IMG/VR virus record: IMGVR_UViG_3300025683_000003
Source: a virus
DNA: 64,000 nt
Strand: one strand, 5' to 3'
A model generated the notes under the pieces. It saw nothing but the letters and a program-made list of their open reading frames with translations. It searched no databases and was not told the origin of the DNA. The position numbers and the translations under genes were made by a program. The number at the start of each line of letters is the position of its first letter. Position 1 is the first letter of the stretch. Below are positions 1 through 8,430 of the stretch, piece by piece.

Positions 1-1
1 T

Positions 2-199
2 GCAATACAACTATTGTATGCAAATGTTAAGTTTAAAACACCATGGTCACACCTTGCTATGCAAAAATACGACAAAGTTGATGCATTAAATTGCATTCAC
101 AACTATTACAGAGTTGATAATGGTAATAATGGCATAGAGCCAATGTATGAACTTTATAAAGAAGCTTTTGATTTATATAAACGAAGGAGTGTTATATGA
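2..199 (+). CDS. 5'-truncated hypothetical protein (frame open to the window edge)
   Basis: Frame +2 has no stop from nt 2 to the TGA at 197-199, which overlaps the endolysin ATG. The track's TTG start at 14 is probably internal. Confidence 0.6.
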   Translation, partial: AIQLLYANVKFKTPWSHLAMQKYDKVDALNCIHNYYRVDNGNNGIEPMYELYKEAFDLYKRRSVI

Positions 200-600
200 T
201 TACAATGCAGGAATTATTAAAAGATGCTAAATTTGAAGATCAGTCACAAGAAATACAGGACAATTTAGTTGAATTGCTGGTTCGAATCAATAAGGTTCGT
301 GCTGCATATGGGAAACCTATGAATGTGACTTCTGGACTTAGATCAATGGCAGATCATTTACGTATTTATGCTCAAAAAGGTATCACAGATCAGTCTAAAA
401 TCCCAATGCAATCTAATCATTTATATGGACGTGCAGTTGATATTAGTGATCCAAACAGAGAGTTGCAGGCTTGGGTACTAAAAAACGTTAAACTCATGGA
501 AGAAATCGGGCTATGGATGGAAGATTTTGGCGCTACCCCGAACTGGCTTCACTTTCAGATTAATCCACCCAAATCTGGCAACCGATTTTTTAAGCCCTAA
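196..600 (+). CDS. Peptidase M15 family endolysin (Zn peptidoglycan peptidase)
   Basis: M15 motifs: vTSGlRs...SnHlyGrAvD (HxxxxxxD) and the C-terminal WLHFQ His. Confidence 0.85.
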   Translation: MITMQELLKDAKFEDQSQEIQDNLVELLVRINKVRAAYGKPMNVTSGLRSMADHLRIYAQKGITDQSKIPMQSNHLYGRAVDISDPNRELQAWVLKNVKLMEEIGLWMEDFGATPNWLHFQINPPKSGNRFFKP

Positions 601-654
601 GATCCCTTCTTATACTGTCTTCAACAGGCATATATAAGTATATAAGCGCCCTAG

Positions 655-686
655 TTCGCAGATCGTTCCTACGTTTGCGAATTTTT
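655..686 (+). terminator. Probable intrinsic terminator between convergent genes
   Basis: Hairpin TTCGCA-gat-CGT-tcct-ACG-tt-TGCGAA (655-681) followed by TTTTT, 55 nt after the endolysin stop. Confidence 0.5.
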
Positions 687-762
687 AATAAAACACTAAG
701 TGTCACCAAGCTCGTAATTGACGAGACTTCATCTGTCACCTCTTGCATATCAATAATTTGTC

Positions 763-996
763 TCATAATTTTACCTTAAACATCTGTGTAGCATTCATTT
801 TACCAGTTGCGTCTACGTTCAATCTATAGTTGACCTGAGTAAACATTCGGTGATTGGTTTTGTGGTAAATTTCATTTGATATTCTCCCTGCTTTTTCAAA
901 ATACGCATACGGATACTTATCTCTAAGTATCTCCCTAATGTCCTTAAACATTACCTCATCCTCTTTATAAAAGCTTATTGGTCTAATTAGTTTCAT
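763..996 (-). CDS. Small DL-motif family protein, array A
   Basis: 77 aa; ends VNYRLNVDA; 14-nt overlap with the upstream member. Confidence 0.7.
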   Translation of the reverse strand: MKLIRPISFYKEDEVMFKDIREILRDKYPYAYFEKAGRISNEIYHKTNHRMFTQVNYRLNVDATGKMNATQMFKVKL

Positions 997-1222
997 ACTT
1001 TTTTAAATCCTTTACTAACATACCCTCGACAGCCGTTGATATTCTACTGTGACCATACCCCCTACTTCCACCAGGCATCTTTATGAGTACGTCATTTATA
1101 GCACTTCTGTGTTGTGATGAGCGTGCTACGATACCAAACATATGTGAAATACTAAAGCCACACTCTTCCTGACTTATAATGTAAATCAAGGAATCTCTCA
1201 GTTCATCGTCTATATTTTTCAT
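983..1222 (-). CDS. Small DL-motif family protein, array A
   Basis: 79 aa; ends VEGMLVKDLKK; ATGA coupling. Confidence 0.75.
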   Translation of the reverse strand: MKNIDDELRDSLIYIISQEECGFSISHMFGIVARSSQHRSAINDVLIKMPGGSRGYGHSRISTAVEGMLVKDLKKYETN

Positions 1223-1434
1223 TTTGCTACCCCAATAATATCTAACTCCACTCTACTTTTTATAATATAGTGAATGTTATCAATCAAGCGCTTGTTTAAG
1301 TGAAAATAGATAATGTCATACTTTGTGTATTCTTGGTATTTAGGATACAGCTGTTTGGCAGTATTGTTTATTTCGTCAATACTCGTTTTATCATATATTA
1401 AATCATTTAGATAGTATGCTGTTATTCTAGTCAT
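1219..1434 (-). CDS. Small DL-motif family protein, array A
   Basis: 71 aa; ends IKSRVELDI; ATGA coupling. Confidence 0.75.
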   Translation of the reverse strand: MTRITAYYLNDLIYDKTSIDEINNTAKQLYPKYQEYTKYDIIYFHLNKRLIDNIHYIIKSRVELDIIGVAK

Positions 1435-1649
1435 TGTTTTTCCAATTTTTTGAGGTCAATCCCAGATCGAGCTATAACAACACGAGCTACGTATGCGTCA
1501 GTAAGTCTTTCGACCTTACGTATATATAGAGATAGATCGTGAGCTGCCGAGTTACCATTATAGTATTTTTTAAATTCTATTGTGTAATCTAACACCCTAA
1601 ACATTCCCGTGTAAGCTTCTTGTTCGAGGTGTGGATCAATTAGTTTCAT
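1431..1649 (-). CDS. Small DL-motif family protein, array A
   Basis: Probable start MKLIDP at 1649 (GGGGTG SD-like upstream); ends VIARSGIDLKK. Confidence 0.7.
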   Translation of the reverse strand: MKLIDPHLEQEAYTGMFRVLDYTIEFKKYYNGNSAAHDLSLYIRKVERLTDAYVARVVIARSGIDLKKLEKQ

Positions 1650-1851
1650 GTTTGGGCACCCCATTTAAGTCTATTTTTAGTCGTTCCTCTACAACTACTG
1701 AAACGTAATGATATATAGACTTCACTGGACTAAATATTTTCTCAAATACGTAAATATTTGTCGAGAGATTGAAGCGATAAATAGTAAGATCAGTTATATC
1801 TGCTTTGATTATTCTGTGCCTAGACTCGTTTTGAAAGCTTATATATCTCAT
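1636..1851 (-). CDS. Small DL-motif family protein, array A
   Basis: Probable start MRYISF at 1851 (ATGA overlap with the upstream stop); ends VEERLKIDL. Confidence 0.7.
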   Translation of the reverse strand: MRYISFQNESRHRIIKADITDLTIYRFNLSTNIYVFEKIFSPVKSIYHYVSVVVEERLKIDLNGVPKHETN

Positions 1852-2036
1852 GCTTGACCACCTAACTTCTCCAAATCTCTTATTATAGAATTTTGAGCAG
1901 CATACCATACCTTTGTCTCAATCTTATTATATAACTCCATATGTACCCTGATGGGAGATATGTAATGCTCAGTTGGCATCATATAGAGTCCGAGGGTAAT
2001 TCTTAATTCATATTCTCTCAGCATTATGAGTTGCAT
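1848..2036 (-). CDS. Small DL-motif family protein, array A
   Basis: 62 aa; contains ELYNKI and ends AQNSIIRDLEK; TAATG coupling. Confidence 0.75.
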   Translation of the reverse strand: MQLIMLREYELRITLGLYMMPTEHYISPIRVHMELYNKIETKVWYAAQNSIIRDLEKLGGQA

Positions 2037-2233
2037 TACTTACCCACCCTCATTAAATCATCTTTAATTTGGTCTTTTATATTGTAGCTTAAATATAAGT
2101 GAGTTTTATTGTACAGATCAAAACGCAGCGCACTGCTTACCTTGTGGATAGCCAAGTTGATTGTTAGATACATCAGCCTATCTTGCGTCATAACAACCAG
2201 AGATTCGTCTGTGAAAAATTGTATTCTTCTCAT
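2036..2233 (-). CDS. Small DL-motif family protein, array A
   Basis: 65 aa; contains LRFDLYNK and ends IKDQIKDDL. Confidence 0.75.
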   Translation of the reverse strand: MRRIQFFTDESLVVMTQDRLMYLTINLAIHKVSSALRFDLYNKTHLYLSYNIKDQIKDDLMRVGK

Positions 2234-2442
2234 CGTCCCACCAACTTTAAAGCCCTATGAACTTCATTTTCAAGCGTCTCATACAGATTTTCACGAGTTT
2301 TATAATGCAAAACATCAAACAAATACTCATTAACAATCCTAGACGCATGACCGCGTGATCCATCAAATTTCCAGACTTTCTTCATACACTCTAACGAAGT
2401 CATTTCCACCATAATGTCCCCTCCAAAACATATTAGCTGCAT
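2230..2442 (-). CDS. Small DL-motif family protein, array A (D replaced by A)
   Basis: 70 aa; ends LENEVHRAL; same size and coupling as its neighbours. Confidence 0.7.
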   Translation of the reverse strand: MQLICFGGDIMVEMTSLECMKKVWKFDGSRGHASRIVNEYLFDVLHYKTRENLYETLENEVHRALKLVGR

Positions 2443-2645
2443 TTTGTACTCTCCTTCTCAAGATCATGAGTAATGCGCGTGGAGATTATTTTCATTAGGT
2501 GATGAGTGTATCTGATTTCCAAGGTATGATAGATGTGCCAGGCGTTAACAGGGGTTCTGCCTTGTAAAACAAGCTCCACGATAAATTCTGGGAACGTAGA
2601 CTCGCTAATCTTCACTCTGTTGTTGATGCATCTGACAAATCTCAT
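2433..2645 (-). CDS. Small DL-motif family protein, array A
   Basis: 70 aa; ends ISTRITHDLEK. Confidence 0.75.
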   Translation of the reverse strand: MRFVRCINNRVKISESTFPEFIVELVLQGRTPVNAWHIYHTLEIRYTHHLMKIISTRITHDLEKESTKCS

Positions 2646-2845
2646 ATTGTCACCATCTTAAACTGTTTTAAATCCCTACAAATAGCACGACCAACTTCTG
2701 TTTTGAGATGGGTTGTTCTTTGATTAATTCTATTGTAAAATCTGCACATACTAGCTATTTTCATTGCAGGTAGGCTATCGCGAACAAAATAATCTGACAT
2801 CATAATGGTTGCTGATGTATGTGTATAAAAAGTCACTCTAGTCAT
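2642..2845 (-). CDS. Small DL-motif family protein, array A
   Basis: 67 aa; ends VGRAICRDLKQ. Confidence 0.75.
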   Translation of the reverse strand: MTRVTFYTHTSATIMMSDYFVRDSLPAMKIASMCRFYNRINQRTTHLKTEVGRAICRDLKQFKMVTI

Positions 2846-3063
2846 TTAATCCCCCTTTGTAACCTACGTAGATCGTTTGATACTGCCATACGCATTTCGT
2901 TACACACTTCTACACTCATCTTGGAATAAATTATATTATTCAATCTGATAAAGATCGCATTTCTATATATTCTCTCTGTTAGGGCCGCCCATTCTTGCAG
3001 TACTTCCAACTGCATTAACGTATACACTTCGTGTGAGGAGATGGATTTAGATGGGGTTATCAT
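2842..3063 (-). CDS. Small DL-motif family protein, array A
   Basis: 73 aa; ends MRMAVSNDLRR. Confidence 0.75.
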   Translation of the reverse strand: MITPSKSISSHEVYTLMQLEVLQEWAALTERIYRNAIFIRLNNIIYSKMSVEVCNEMRMAVSNDLRRLQRGIK

Positions 3064-3287
3064 ATATCCACCCTATATAGATCAGATCTAACCATACTCC
3101 AAACCTCTATTCTGAATTTACCTGTGATTGTCTCTAATTTATGCTCCATTGGACACATAAGTCTTGCTCCATTAAAAATATCACTTCCATAACATTTCCA
3201 TGGGCTATTTAGGGCTAGTTTACAAATTTCAAAGCCAAAATTGATATGTATCTTATCGTGGATAATGTGTGGGTGTAGGTATTTCAT
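3060..3287 (-). CDS. Small DL-motif family protein, array A
   Basis: 75 aa; ends VWSMVRSDLYR. Confidence 0.75.
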   Translation of the reverse strand: MKYLHPHIIHDKIHINFGFEICKLALNSPWKCYGSDIFNGARLMCPMEHKLETITGKFRIEVWSMVRSDLYRVDI

Positions 3288-3475
3288 TTATAAAAATTCT
3301 CCATATCTCTCATTACAGAACTTTTCAAAACCCTATAATTTTTATGCTCCATTATACCGACTTGTAACGCAATAAAGACACTACTTCCTGTATATAGATG
3401 GTGAGAGAGTGAACTTGGAATTATATTTTGATTAATTAACCACGTCGTCATGGTGAATTGATAATTAACCCTCAT
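3284..3475 (-). CDS. Small DL-motif family protein, array A
   Basis: 63 aa; ends LKSSVMRDM. Confidence 0.75.
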   Translation of the reverse strand: MRVNYQFTMTTWLINQNIIPSSLSHHLYTGSSVFIALQVGIMEHKNYRVLKSSVMRDMENFYK

Positions 3476-3675
3476 ACTTCCATCCCCTTCAAATCGCGCC
3501 CCACCTGTATTGTCACATTGTCAGCAATCTCTCGGGCTATCATATCATCTAATATATCAGATAGCAAGGTGTCTAATTTTAGACATAGGGCGTAGAACTC
3601 GTTTCTGCGGTACTGTTTGTAGCAGAAGTTATGAAGGTCTCGTGATGCAATTCCTGTTATCCAAACTTGCTTCAT
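3472..3675 (-). CDS. Small DL-motif family protein, array A
   Basis: 67 aa; ends VTIQVGRDLK. Confidence 0.75.
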   Translation of the reverse strand: MKQVWITGIASRDLHNFCYKQYRRNEFYALCLKLDTLLSDILDDMIAREIADNVTIQVGRDLKGMEV

Positions 3676-3863
3676 TGTTTAATCCCAGTAAGTTTATAAA
3701 GATCTTTACATAATTGCCGCTGTTTTGGATGGTATATTAGGGAGCCGTGAGCGTGTCCTACACAAAGTTTTATCTTATCAAACGCCCCACCTTCGTCTAT
3801 ATAGGTTATTACTTTATATGGGAGTGTCCTAGCGCAGACAAGACTAACATTTAACCTTTTCAT
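3672..3863 (-). CDS. Small DL-motif family protein, array A
   Basis: 63 aa; ends KQRQLCKDLYK. Confidence 0.75.
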   Translation of the reverse strand: MKRLNVSLVCARTLPYKVITYIDEGGAFDKIKLCVGHAHGSLIYHPKQRQLCKDLYKLTGIKQ

Positions 3864-4051
3864 ATGACACCCATTTTTGCCAAATCTAACCTAACAATGT
3901 TGTCAGTCTTTTTATGTAGATTGTAGTAGCATTTAATATACATTACGTCATCAACAAGACTCCATAGGAGTACATACGGCCTCCTATTTAGGATTTTTCC
4001 AGCATTCATGTCGTAAATATCCCATACGTTGGGTGGGAAAAGTTGGGTCAT
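3860..4051 (-). CDS. Small DL-motif family protein, array A
   Basis: 63 aa; ends TDNIVRLDLAK. Confidence 0.75.
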   Translation of the reverse strand: MTQLFPPNVWDIYDMNAGKILNRRPYVLLWSLVDDVMYIKCYYNLHKKTDNIVRLDLAKMGVI

Positions 4052-4236
4052 TTTATTAACATCCTATATAAATCCATCTCTACTCGATCTTCAACCCTGT
4101 GCATAAGATTGTGTTTCATCTTTTTAGTGCATTTTAGTCGCAATAATCTTATTACACGGCCTCGTATCCATGGCTCAACCAATTCAGAGTCGGGTACTAA
4201 GTGTGATGGCAAAAATCTTCTTCCAATATGGTTCAT
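4048..4236 (-). CDS. Small DL-motif family protein, array A
   Basis: 62 aa; ends VEDRVEMDLYR. Confidence 0.75.
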   Translation of the reverse strand: MNHIGRRFLPSHLVPDSELVEPWIRGRVIRLLRLKCTKKMKHNLMHRVEDRVEMDLYRMLIK

Positions 4237-4559
4237 TATTTATCGACAATATCGGTTAGTAGCAATTTAATCTTTTTAAGGGTCTTACCAGCCTTAGACG
4301 TTCCTGTTGGATTGTACACATTAAAATTAAAATAAGCCTCCTCCAATAGATCCAAAGCATTTTGCAGGTGTTGTCGATTGGCATCATTTTCTTTTTCAAC
4401 CAAATCAACTCGTCGCTCTAGATCTTTCAACTGCCCCTCAGTGATAGGCTGGCTTGGCGTGTTAACTCTGACACTATTAGAGGACGTGGTCATATTTGAG
4501 CTACAAATTGGGCACATATATTCGTGACTTGACCATCCGTGTAAATAGCAATGGAACAT
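4236..4559 (-). CDS. Hypothetical protein with an N-terminal Cys/His cluster and a coiled coil
   Basis: CxxH...CPIC N-terminus; GGAG SD; coupled to the downstream gene. Confidence 0.6.
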   Translation of the reverse strand: MFHCYLHGWSSHEYMCPICSSNMTTSSNSVRVNTPSQPITEGQLKDLERRVDLVEKENDANRQHLQNALDLLEEAYFNFNVYNPTGTSKAGKTLKKIKLLLTDIVDK

Positions 4560-4570
4560 AATTACTCCTA

Positions 4571-4813
4571 TTAATCAAAAATTTTAAATTTAGTTTTAAA
4601 TTTAGATCTTATTCTGTCTAACTGATTAGGCTTAAGCACCTTAGATCTGTCAACTTTTCCATTTTTGACTGGGTGAACAAACCATGGGTTTGGTACTCCG
4701 TCTGCATGCACATATACCCTAGACTCATCACCTTTTACAGCAGCTAAAGCAGCGCATAGTGATCTGAATTTTTGAAAACATGTACCATTTCCATAAAATG
4801 CATATATTCTCAT
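4571..4813 (-). CDS. Hypothetical protein
   Basis: 80 aa ORF packed between neighbours, with an SD-like sequence upstream. Confidence 0.6.
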   Translation of the reverse strand: MRIYAFYGNGTCFQKFRSLCAALAAVKGDESRVYVHADGVPNPWFVHPVKNGKVDRSKVLKPNQLDRIRSKFKTKFKIFD

Positions 4814-4817
4814 CTTG

Positions 4818-5126
4818 CTACCCCTTAATCTTCTCTAAAACTTTTTGCGCTCTTTTACCAAAATCATCATTAATATTAGATGTTAATTGACTTCTTTCGT
4901 CGTTTGCGTAATGCCAATTCCAAGACCCCTCATCCTCATAAAACTTAAGAGCTTCTATACAAAGATCTAATTTCTCTCTAAGCTCGTTCTGGATCTTTAA
5001 ATGGCCTGCCTTAATATCTTCAAACTCAACAATTCGAGCATTGGCTTCATTTAATTTGCGCTGTAAATTTGCAAAGGCATATTCGTTTATAACAGAGGTG
5101 ATGTCTGGCTTCATACTAGTCCTCAC
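4818..5126 (-). CDS. Hypothetical coiled-coil protein (KLxxxxEAL family)
   Basis: EKLDLCIEALKFY resembles AKLLIAVEALEGI in 10813..11088. Confidence 0.6.
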   Translation of the reverse strand: MRTSMKPDITSVINEYAFANLQRKLNEANARIVEFEDIKAGHLKIQNELREKLDLCIEALKFYEDEGSWNWHYANDERSQLTSNINDDFGKRAQKVLEKIKG

Positions 5127-5889
5127 TCAGTAAAGCCTCAAGCTGCTCTACCTTCTCACTACTAACCTTATACTCTTTACCGCCAACTGTCACGGAAACC
5201 TTATCATTCTTTTTAATATTAGTCAATCTTGCTGGCTCTGCCCAATCCCTGCCTGTGAATTTCTTTTTTAACTTCCAAAAAGCACTGATAAGTTTAACCA
5301 CTTCGTATTCTCTTCCGTTTGGCATTTCAAAATGGTGCACAGTTCCTTGGCTGAGAACTTCAAATTTTGTTTTGTCCAAGTCACTAATTTCAATTTTAGC
5401 TATAACTTTATCAACATTAGGTTTGGTCCATCCCTCTCCAGCAATATATTTCATCGTTACATTGCTAAAACCTTCTGTAGCATCAAACTCTAAGCGGTCA
5501 GGGTATTGGCTATCGACACCTTGTAAATCTGCTGTCCATTTATGGACTATTTTTTTATTGTCTACACCTTTATCGCTCACGCTAGGGATCTGCACCACCT
5601 TTGTCTCCCATCCCTCAACTTTAGCTATAAAATTGTAAAATGGCATAAGCTTACCGTGAAGATCTACAAACGACATTATACGGTGACATGTAGAGGAGTT
5701 CGGGTGTATGTTGATGCCCCTTGGAAGAAGTCTTTCTTTAATGAAAAATGTTACAGAGTCGATTGGTGCACCGTCCATATAACCTAGGTTATTTGCAGGG
5801 ATTTTTAGTTCAATCGTGTCACCAACTCTACGATAACAACCAAATTCATATGATTGAAAATCAGCCACAAATTCATCAGAAGATTTCAT
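5116..5889 (-). CDS. Hypothetical protein, 257 aa
   Basis: Strong GGAGG SD; first gene after the promoter at 5909-5937. Confidence 0.75.
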   Translation of the reverse strand: MKSSDEFVADFQSYEFGCYRRVGDTIELKIPANNLGYMDGAPIDSVTFFIKERLLPRGINIHPNSSTCHRIMSFVDLHGKLMPFYNFIAKVEGWETKVVQIPSVSDKGVDNKKIVHKWTADLQGVDSQYPDRLEFDATEGFSNVTMKYIAGEGWTKPNVDKVIAKIEISDLDKTKFEVLSQGTVHHFEMPNGREYEVVKLISAFWKLKKKFTGRDWAEPARLTNIKKNDKVSVTVGGKEYKVSSEKVEQLEALLSED

Positions 5890-5908
5890 AATTCCTCCAC
5901 TATAGAGG

Positions 5909-5937
5909 AGTATAGCATACGATTTTTACTTAATCAA
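5909..5937 (-). promoter_or_regulatory. Sigma70-type promoter
   Basis: TTGATT-17 nt-TATACT with an extended -10 (TGc), followed by a GGAGG RBS. Confidence 0.7.
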
Positions 5938-6231
5938 GAAAAAACCAGACAGTATCATAATGATACCGACTATTTGAGTGGTAGTTAGTGAGAATGGTAT
6001 GAAGATGAATGGTACTAGAAGGAACATAAGGGTTAGTACCCCATCGTATATAAGTCCGTACAGAGGAATTGATGGCTCTGGTATTGATCTAACAATCTGC
6101 ACCCAGCATAGATTGGCAAAGATGCCGATAATGACAGCTAGAATTGTATGGGTGTTTTTGGCGACAAGGAATGGCAGACTAGCGCTTGCTGCATAAAGCA
6201 TAGCTGCTAGTATGAAGAATAGTATCGTCAT
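5926..6231 (-). CDS. Small 4-TM membrane protein, SMR/DMT-like
   Basis: 101 aa, four hydrophobic segments; C-terminal QIVGIIMILSG is typical of DMT/EamA-type repeats. Confidence 0.5.
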   Translation of the reverse strand: MTILFFILAAMLYAASASLPFLVAKNTHTILAVIIGIFANLCWVQIVRSIPEPSIPLYGLIYDGVLTLMFLLVPFIFIPFSLTTTQIVGIIMILSGFFLIK

Positions 6232-6249
6232 TACTCACCTTTTAGTTTT

Positions 6250-6552
6250 TTAACTTCTTCTCTTAGCGCCTGCAACTCTTTTGCAATTGCAAAAAAAAGC
6301 TCTATCTAGGCCATTTTGATATGGGCTATTTGTCATAGTAAGGTTTGTTTCGTATGGCGTATTCTCACCAATAACAATCTCGTCTACAATTTTAATTTCA
6401 GACACATCAGGATAGTAGGGGGTAATTAATCCTTGTATTGAGCTTAAAGAGTCCCTCACCTTTAGTGATTGGCCACATATGTGGCACACTTCTTGATTTT
6501 CGTCTACTGATGCTTGACATCCATAACATATGCCGCGATTATTCGAAGTCAT
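6250..6552 (-). CDS. Zinc-ribbon hypothetical protein
   Basis: CYGC...CHICG near the N-terminus. Confidence 0.6.
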   Translation of the reverse strand: MTSNNRGICYGCQASVDENQEVCHICGQSLKVRDSLSSIQGLITPYYPDVSEIKIVDEIVIGENTPYETNLTMTNSPYQNGLDRAFFCNCKRVAGAKRRS

Positions 6553-6698
6553 TTCTTCTCCCTAGCTTTGAGTAAAGCCTTTTTATATTCTGGGTCTGTT
6601 GGATATTTAACAATAACCCTACACTTACTGCAAACCAGTCCACCCATTTTAATGATAGGCTTACCTTTATATTTGCATTCTTGGCAGGTTATTGTCAT
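6549..6698 (-). CDS. Small zinc-ribbon protein (49 aa, below the track cutoff)
   Basis: MTITCQECK...VCSKCRV; ATGA overlaps at both ends. Confidence 0.6.
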   Translation of the reverse strand: MTITCQECKYKGKPIIKMGGLVCSKCRVIVKYPTDPEYKKALLKAREKK

Positions 6699-7367
6699 GA
6701 ATTTACCAAAGCGTCTAGCTTTCCATACAGCTTGTGGTATAGTTCGTCTATTTCATTATACTTATATTCCCAAAAATCAGCTCTAAGGTGTGGGTCAATA
6801 TTTTTAGCGGAGCACAATGGCTTAAATTGAGTGCGACCGTCTTTAATGTGAAGTGCTGAGATAAGCTCACAAAGCTTTTTATGTTGGGGCTGAGTTACGA
6901 TTGGATACCCTTTATCAGAAATAAAATGGTCTAGGTCTCCAAAATATTTTTTTACAATATCTTTATTTTTCATTTCACAATCCTTAGGTTCGGAATAACT
7001 GCCACTTGCTCAATACCGCTAGACCAAAGCTCAAAGCCACGCTTAGACTTCTCACCGGCTTTTGTAATAGGTGAGGCAACAACATTGCCGTCAAAATTAA
7101 GATCAATAACTTTCCAATAACGTTTATTATCAGTAAGGATTGAGCCGAGCTTTGCTTTTTTAAGAATCTGTGCAATCGTTTTCATTTGACCTCCAACACA
7201 TTATTATCTTTGTCAAAGAATTTTAATAAAATACAAGACTTGCCATTGTCATCAACTTCCTCCATAGTACACTGAAATACCTTAGTGACATCCACCATAC
7301 ATGCGAAGTCAAAAAGATCTAGGTAGGCTTCTCCGTCCTCGGTCTGCTTTACGCTAATTGTTTTCAT
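6695..7367 (-). CDS. Three coupled hypothetical ORFs (6695..6973, 6970..7185, 7182..7367)
   Basis: Consecutive ATGA overlaps. Confidence 0.6.
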
Positions 7368-7540
7368 AGATTATCCTTTTCAATAGGTTCATATTTGTAT
7401 GTTTTCATTGATGGCCACTTTCCAAATTCATACTGAAAAGATCCTCTCGATTTATAATAATGCACATGAAGTGTCCCACCTACATCGACAGCCTCAGCAA
7501 TATACTCTTTAGTCTTTTTATGGATAAGTCTATATCTCAT
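7364..7540 (-). CDS. Small hypothetical protein (58 aa, below the track cutoff)
   Basis: MRYRLIHKK...EKDNL; fills the gap, overlapping both neighbours by 4 nt. Confidence 0.6.
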   Translation of the reverse strand: MRYRLIHKKTKEYIAEAVDVGGTLHVHYYKSRGSFQYEFGKWPSMKTYKYEPIEKDNL

Positions 7541-7773
7541 TTTAAAGCCTCTTTATACTTGTTAAACAAATCTGTTGCCCACTCGCTACTATTCCTAGGA
7601 AATTCTTCATTACAATCAGGACATCTTAGGGCCACTAACCCATCATACACTCCAATATATCCACCGTCAATACCTATCTCACGCTTCCAATGAGTACCTG
7701 AGTAGTGGTGCGCTATATCTTCTGGTATTTTATCTCCTAACCATGAAGACTTACATTTAGGGCAATTGTCCAT
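7537..7773 (-). CDS. Zinc-ribbon hypothetical protein
   Basis: CPKC...CPDC. Confidence 0.65.
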   Translation of the reverse strand: MDNCPKCKSSWLGDKIPEDIAHHYSGTHWKREIGIDGGYIGVYDGLVALRCPDCNEEFPRNSSEWATDLFNKYKEALK

Positions 7774-7782
7774 ATTAGGCTC

Positions 7783-8217
7783 CTACAAGCTTATTTTGAT
7801 TGTGTGAAATGTTTTAGTTTCTATAGGGTCCCATACTACTTCTTTTTTAGTTGTAGTAAATATCCACATAAACTTATCTTCCACATCAATATATCTAGCA
7901 GAGTATTTTGTAGTGTACTCTTTTGGGGTAATTTCTACTTTATATCCAAAGTCTCTAAACTTATTTAAAAGATCTTCCCTACAGTATTTTGACTCTTGTC
8001 CATATGGAGTAGGAGAAAACGAGTGTTGAATCAGTCCGTTTGAATCTGTGTATTCCTTAACCTCTCTAGATCTCTCAAAAGGTCCTGTTTCAAAAGATCC
8101 ATATCTTTCAATGTGCCAGTAAATAGTTTCTACTGCACTTTCAAATTTAGAGGCTTCTTCTTTTGCCTTCTCTTCTTCTTTCTTCTTACGCATCTCATCT
8201 GCTGTTAATATTTTCAT
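7783..8217 (-). CDS. Hypothetical protein
   Basis: 144 aa; coupled to the upstream ORF. Confidence 0.6.
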   Translation of the reverse strand: MKILTADEMRKKKEEEKAKEEASKFESAVETIYWHIERYGSFETGPFERSREVKEYTDSNGLIQHSFSPTPYGQESKYCREDLLNKFRDFGYKVEITPKEYTTKYSARYIDVEDKFMWIFTTTKKEVVWDPIETKTFHTIKISL

Positions 8218-8423
8218 AACTCACCTTCAAATGTACTTGTATATACAGTCTCTCCGTTACCTTCATCATCATAATCTTCGATCACTCGCTCTGGAGGCTG
8301 CATTCCAGCGTTCTCAATTTCCTGTAGAACGTCAGATAATTCACTCTCGCTAAACTGGTAGTCTTGTGGTACTCGGCTATTTAAAATTTCTCCAAGCTTC
8401 GTAATCATCTCACTTCGTTTCAT
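8214..8423 (-). CDS. Hypothetical protein (MKRSEM family)
   Basis: MKRSEM...IENAGMQPP; paralog of 9329..9700. Confidence 0.65.
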   Translation of the reverse strand: MKRSEMITKLGEILNSRVPQDYQFSESELSDVLQEIENAGMQPPERVIEDYDDEGNGETVYTSTFEGEL

Positions 8424-8430
8424 AATTCAC

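Noticed and set aside
2-199. Holin upstream of the endolysin
   Set aside because: No transmembrane segment in the visible part, and the gene is truncated by the window edge.
763-4236. Array A as an integron cassette array or CRISPR-like array
   Set aside because: There is no intergenic space, no attC-like palindromes, no identical direct repeats and no integrase or cas gene in the window.
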